Source: Clostridia bacterium (GTDB lineage: Bacteria; Bacillota; Clostridia; Oscillospirales; Acutalibacteraceae). From it: a stretch of DNA of 28,222 nt. The translations under genes and the position numbers were made by a program. The stretch is from the NCBI GenBank assembly GCA_900768035.1, contig CAAGBH010000141.1, forward strand, positions 1 through 28,222, written 5' to 3'. The notes below the pieces were generated by a model. It did not search any database. It was not told where the DNA came from and was given only the letters and a program-made list of their open reading frames with translations. Positions 25,526 through 28,222 of this stretch are shown one piece after another. How positions within the stretch are numbered: position 1 is the first letter of the stretch; each line of letters starts with the position of its first letter.

Positions 25526-26722
25526 ATGAAAATTTTTGTTGTAAATGCAGGAAGTTCGTCTTTGAAATATCAGTTAATTGATATGGAAAACGAACAGGTT
25601 TTAGCAAAAGGTCTTTGTGAGAGAATCGGCGTTTCAGGTGCGATTTCACATAAAGCGGCAGACGGCAGAACATATTCGGCAGAAACTGCTATGCCAACAC
25701 ACAGTGAAGCATTTGAGGCAGTTGTTTTTGCGCTGACAAAATCTGACGCAAAGGTTATTGACTCTTTTGACGAAGTTTCGGCTATCGGCCACAGAGTAGT
25801 TCAAGGCGGAAGTATCTTTAAAGATTCTTGCCTTATCACCAAAGAAGCATTAAAGCAGATTGATGAATTAAGCGAACTCGCTCCTCTTCACAATCCGGCA
25901 AACGTGCTTGCAGTTAATGCTTGCATTAAAACTTTCGGTGAAGATAAACCGCAAGTAGCAGTATTTGATACATCTTTCCACCAAACAATGCCTGAACACG
26001 TTTATATGTTTGCACTTCCCTATAAATATTATGAACAATACGGCGTTCGTAAATACGGCGCTCACGGTACAAGCCACCGCTTTGTAAGTGACAGATTGGC
26101 AGAGGTTGTCGGCAAAGACAAAAAAGATTTAAAAATGGTTATCTGCCACCTTGGTAACGGTTGTTCAATAACCGCTGTTAAAGACGGTGTTTGTTATGAC
26201 ACCTCAATGGGCTTCACCCCTCTTGACGGCTTTATGATGGGAACCCGTACAGGTACGCTTGACCCCTCTGCTTTAACATACATCGCTGAAAAAGAAAACC
26301 TTTCCCCTGCAGATATTAACCGCATCTGCAATAAAGAATCAGGTGTTTTGGGTGTTTCAGGCGTTTCAAACGATAACCGTGACTTAAGCGATGCGGCCAA
26401 GAATGGCAACCACAGAGCGCAACTTGCTATAGATATGCAACGCTATCAGATTTTGAAATTTGTTGGTTCTTATATCGCCGCTATGAACGGAGTTGACGCT
26501 ATCGCATTTACAGGCGGTATCGGTGAAAACGATGCGGCACTTCGTAAATATGTTTGCGAAAACCTTGCATACTTAGGCGTAAAAGTGGACGACAATAAAA
26601 ATGCTCTTCGTGGCGAAGAAGTTAAAATCACAACTGATGACAGCAAAGTTGACGTTTATGTTATCCCCACTAACGAAGAATTAGCAATCGCACGAGACAC
26701 ATTAAAAATTATATCCAAATAA
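25526..26722 (+). CDS. ackA: Acetate kinase
   Basis: NAGSSSLKY, GHRVVQGG, APLHNP, FDTSFH, HGTSH, CHLGNG, FTGGIGEN and PTNEE. ATG at 25526 with GGAGG RBS. Confidence 0.96.
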   Translation: MKIFVVNAGSSSLKYQLIDMENEQVLAKGLCERIGVSGAISHKAADGRTYSAETAMPTHSEAFEAVVFALTKSDAKVIDSFDEVSAIGHRVVQGGSIFKDSCLITKEALKQIDELSELAPLHNPANVLAVNACIKTFGEDKPQVAVFDTSFHQTMPEHVYMFALPYKYYEQYGVRKYGAHGTSHRFVSDRLAEVVGKDKKDLKMVICHLGNGCSITAVKDGVCYDTSMGFTPLDGFMMGTRTGTLDPSALTYIAEKENLSPADINRICNKESGVLGVSGVSNDNRDLSDAAKNGNHRAQLAIDMQRYQILKFVGSYIAAMNGVDAIAFTGGIGENDAALRKYVCENLAYLGVKVDDNKNALRGEEVKITTDDSKVDVYVIPTNEELAIARDTLKIISK

Positions 26723-26727
26723 AACTT

Positions 26728-26760
26728 AAAGCGGCACTTTTTGAAAGTGCCGCTTTTTTT
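26728..26760. terminator. Terminator between convergent ackA and rex
   Basis: AAAGCGGCACTTT-ttg-AAAGTGCCGCTTTTTTT. Confidence 0.85.
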
Positions 26761-27385
26761 ATTCGTTTGTCATTTTATAAGAAAGCCTTGTCAAACTGTC
26801 ACCAAAGTGAACATTTTCAACCTTAATACCCGGATAATTCATTGCAATATCATAATGACTGAAATTCCAAAAAGATTTTACACCTAATTTTATAAGTTGT
26901 TTGGATAGTTTTTCTGCCGCTTCCTTAGGAATACACAATATTGCCGCTTCGGGTAAATTTTCACGGCAAAACTCATCTAAAGTATTTGTACTTCTGATAG
27001 GTTGATTTTTAACAATCTGCCCCACTAAAGATTCTTTGGCATCAAAAAGACCTATTAAATGGAATCCTTTAGATTCAAAATTCATATGCATTGTAACAGC
27101 ACGGCCTAAATTACCAACACCGATTAAAATAATATTTTTAGGTTTATCAAGACCCAAAATATGCCCTATTTCAGACTGTAAGATTTCAATATTATAACCA
27201 TATCCTTGCTGACCGAAACCGCCAAAACAGTTTAAATCCTGCCTGATTTGGCTTGCGGTAAGCCCCATTCTTTCGGAAAGTTCCCTCGAAGATATCCTTG
27301 TGATACCCAAACTTTTGAGTTCTCCTAAAAAACGGTAATATCTGGGTAAACGTTTTATAACTGAATTTGAAACTGCCCCACCCAT
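26759..27385 (-). CDS. rex: Redox-sensing transcriptional repressor Rex
   Basis: VIKRLPRYYR, ISSRELS, SQIRQDLNCFGGFGQQGYGY, GVGNLG and WNF. Confidence 0.96.
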   Translation of the reverse strand: MGGAVSNSVIKRLPRYYRFLGELKSLGITRISSRELSERMGLTASQIRQDLNCFGGFGQQGYGYNIEILQSEIGHILGLDKPKNIILIGVGNLGRAVTMHMNFESKGFHLIGLFDAKESLVGQIVKNQPIRSTNTLDEFCRENLPEAAILCIPKEAAEKLSKQLIKLGVKSFWNFSHYDIAMNYPGIKVENVHFGDSLTRLSYKMTNE

Positions 27386-27420
27386 TTTAATTCTCCTATA
27401 TAATTTAAAACTTCCTTATA

Positions 27421-27449
27421 ATAATAATGTAACTGCAAGAAAAAGTCAA
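27421..27449 (-). promoter_or_regulatory. SigA-type promoter for rex
   Basis: TTGACT (27449-27444), N17, TATTAT (27426-27421). Confidence 0.55.
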
Positions 27450-27473
27450 TCGAAAAAATTTTTTAAAAAACTA

Positions 27474-27501
27474 TTGACAAATGGAAAATTATGAGTATAA
27501 T
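27474..27501 (+). promoter_or_regulatory. SigA promoter for perR-rubrerythrin
   Basis: TTGACA (27474-27479), N16, TATAAT (27496-27501). Confidence 0.75.
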
Positions 27502-27506
27502 AAAAT

Positions 27507-27519
27507 AGTAATCATTACT
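27507..27519. promoter_or_regulatory. Fur/PerR-type operator
   Basis: Perfect palindrome AGTAAT-C-ATTACT at the predicted transcription start of the Fur-family gene. Confidence 0.7.
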
Positions 27520-27535
27520 GATTTGGGTGATAATT

Positions 27536-27913
27536 ATGAAACATTATTCTCGTCAACGTGAAACAATTTTAGAAGTTTTACGCTCAACAGATACTCACCC
27601 TACAGCAAATTGGATTTACACTAAAGTTCGGGAACGTATTCCCAATATCAGCCTTGGCACAGTTTACCGAAACTTATCGGAACTTGCCAAAACCGGTGAC
27701 ATTTTGAGTATAGATGTCGGTGACGGGTTTGAACATTATGACAGTGATATTTCACCCCACGCACATCTGCACTGTCGATGTTGCGGAAGTATCACAGACG
27801 CCAAACTCAAAACCGATTATATTTCAAAAATCGGAAATGAATACGGCTTCGAAACGCAAACATCCATTTATGTAGCGTATGGAATCTGTAAAAATTGCAA
27901 TACTAAAAATTAA
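27536..27913 (+). CDS. perR: Fur-family regulator, PerR-like
   Basis: [32 protein letters not shown] and GICKNC; directly upstream of rubrerythrin. Confidence 0.82.
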   Translation: MKHYSRQRETILEVLRSTDTHPTANWIYTKVRERIPNISLGTVYRNLSELAKTGDILSIDVGDGFEHYDSDISPHAHLHCRCCGSITDAKLKTDYISKIGNEYGFETQTSIYVAYGICKNCNTKN

Positions 27914-27936
27914 ATTACATTTTGGAGGAAATTATT

Positions 27937-28222
27937 ATGAAAAAATATGTATGTCTTATCTGCGGTTACACACACGAAGGTGAATCAGCACCTAACGAAT
28001 GTCCAATCTGCCACGCACCTGCTTCAAAATTCCAAGAACAAGCAGGCGAAAAATCCTGGGCTGCCGAACATGTTGTAGGCGTAGCAAAGGGTGTAGATGA
28101 CAGAATTATTGAAGGCTTACGTGAAAACTTCAACGGTGAATGTACCGAAGTTGGTATGTATCTCGCAATGGCTCGTGTAGCACACAGAGAAGGATATCCA
28201 GAAATCGGTCTTTACTGGGAAA
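27937..28222 (+). CDS. Reverse rubrerythrin / NADH peroxidase (partial, runs off the window end)
   Basis: Manual translation: [32 protein letters not shown] (rubredoxin CxxC...CxxC), then WAAEH...[35 protein letters not shown]. Confidence 0.92.
   Translation, partial: MKKYVCLICGYTHEGESAPNECPICHAPASKFQEQAGEKSWAAEHVVGVAKGVDDRIIEGLRENFNGECTEVGMYLAMARVAHREGYPEIGLYWE

Noticed and set aside
1..28222. Mobile elements, prophage, CRISPR arrays, tRNA/rRNA genes, defence systems
   Set aside because: I saw no transposase or integrase motifs, repeat-spacer arrays or RNA-gene signatures; nearly all sequence is accounted for by housekeeping genes and short intergenic regions.

Overview
Low-GC, gene-dense chromosomal window from an anaerobic, probably spore-forming clostridial bacterium; the taxon is inferred from gene content and is Oscillospiraceae-like. 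I saw no mobile elements, CRISPR arrays, rRNA or tRNA genes. Gene order: comEC (partial), DUF2975 protein, tspO, phosphoglucomutase, membrane pyrophosphatase hppA, a compact operon of a cystathionine gamma-synthase-like enzyme + dapF + murE, degV, a cobalamin riboswitch controlling a DUF4430 protein and a CbrT-like ECF S-component, ABC-F, a lipoprotein trigger-factor homologue, prfB (no programmed frameshift), prmA, AlaX, murC, cca, spoVFA/B, mntP, citrate synthase, tmcAL, ackA, rex, perR and reverse rubrerythrin (partial). The strongest lead is the stand-alone operon at 6078-9711 (- strand). It joins a trans-sulfuration thioether synthase to a divergent DapF and a MurE with an altered diamino-acid pocket. 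This is a candidate pathway for putting a thioether diamino acid (cystathionine or lanthionine) into peptidoglycan in place of meso-DAP; it is a hypothesis and has not been shown. Secondary leads are a possible Na+ riboswitch upstream of a pyrophosphatase with the dual Na+/H+ signature, an exported trigger factor lacking the ribosome-binding domain, and a B12 riboswitch whose expression platform could act as both terminator and RBS sequestrator.
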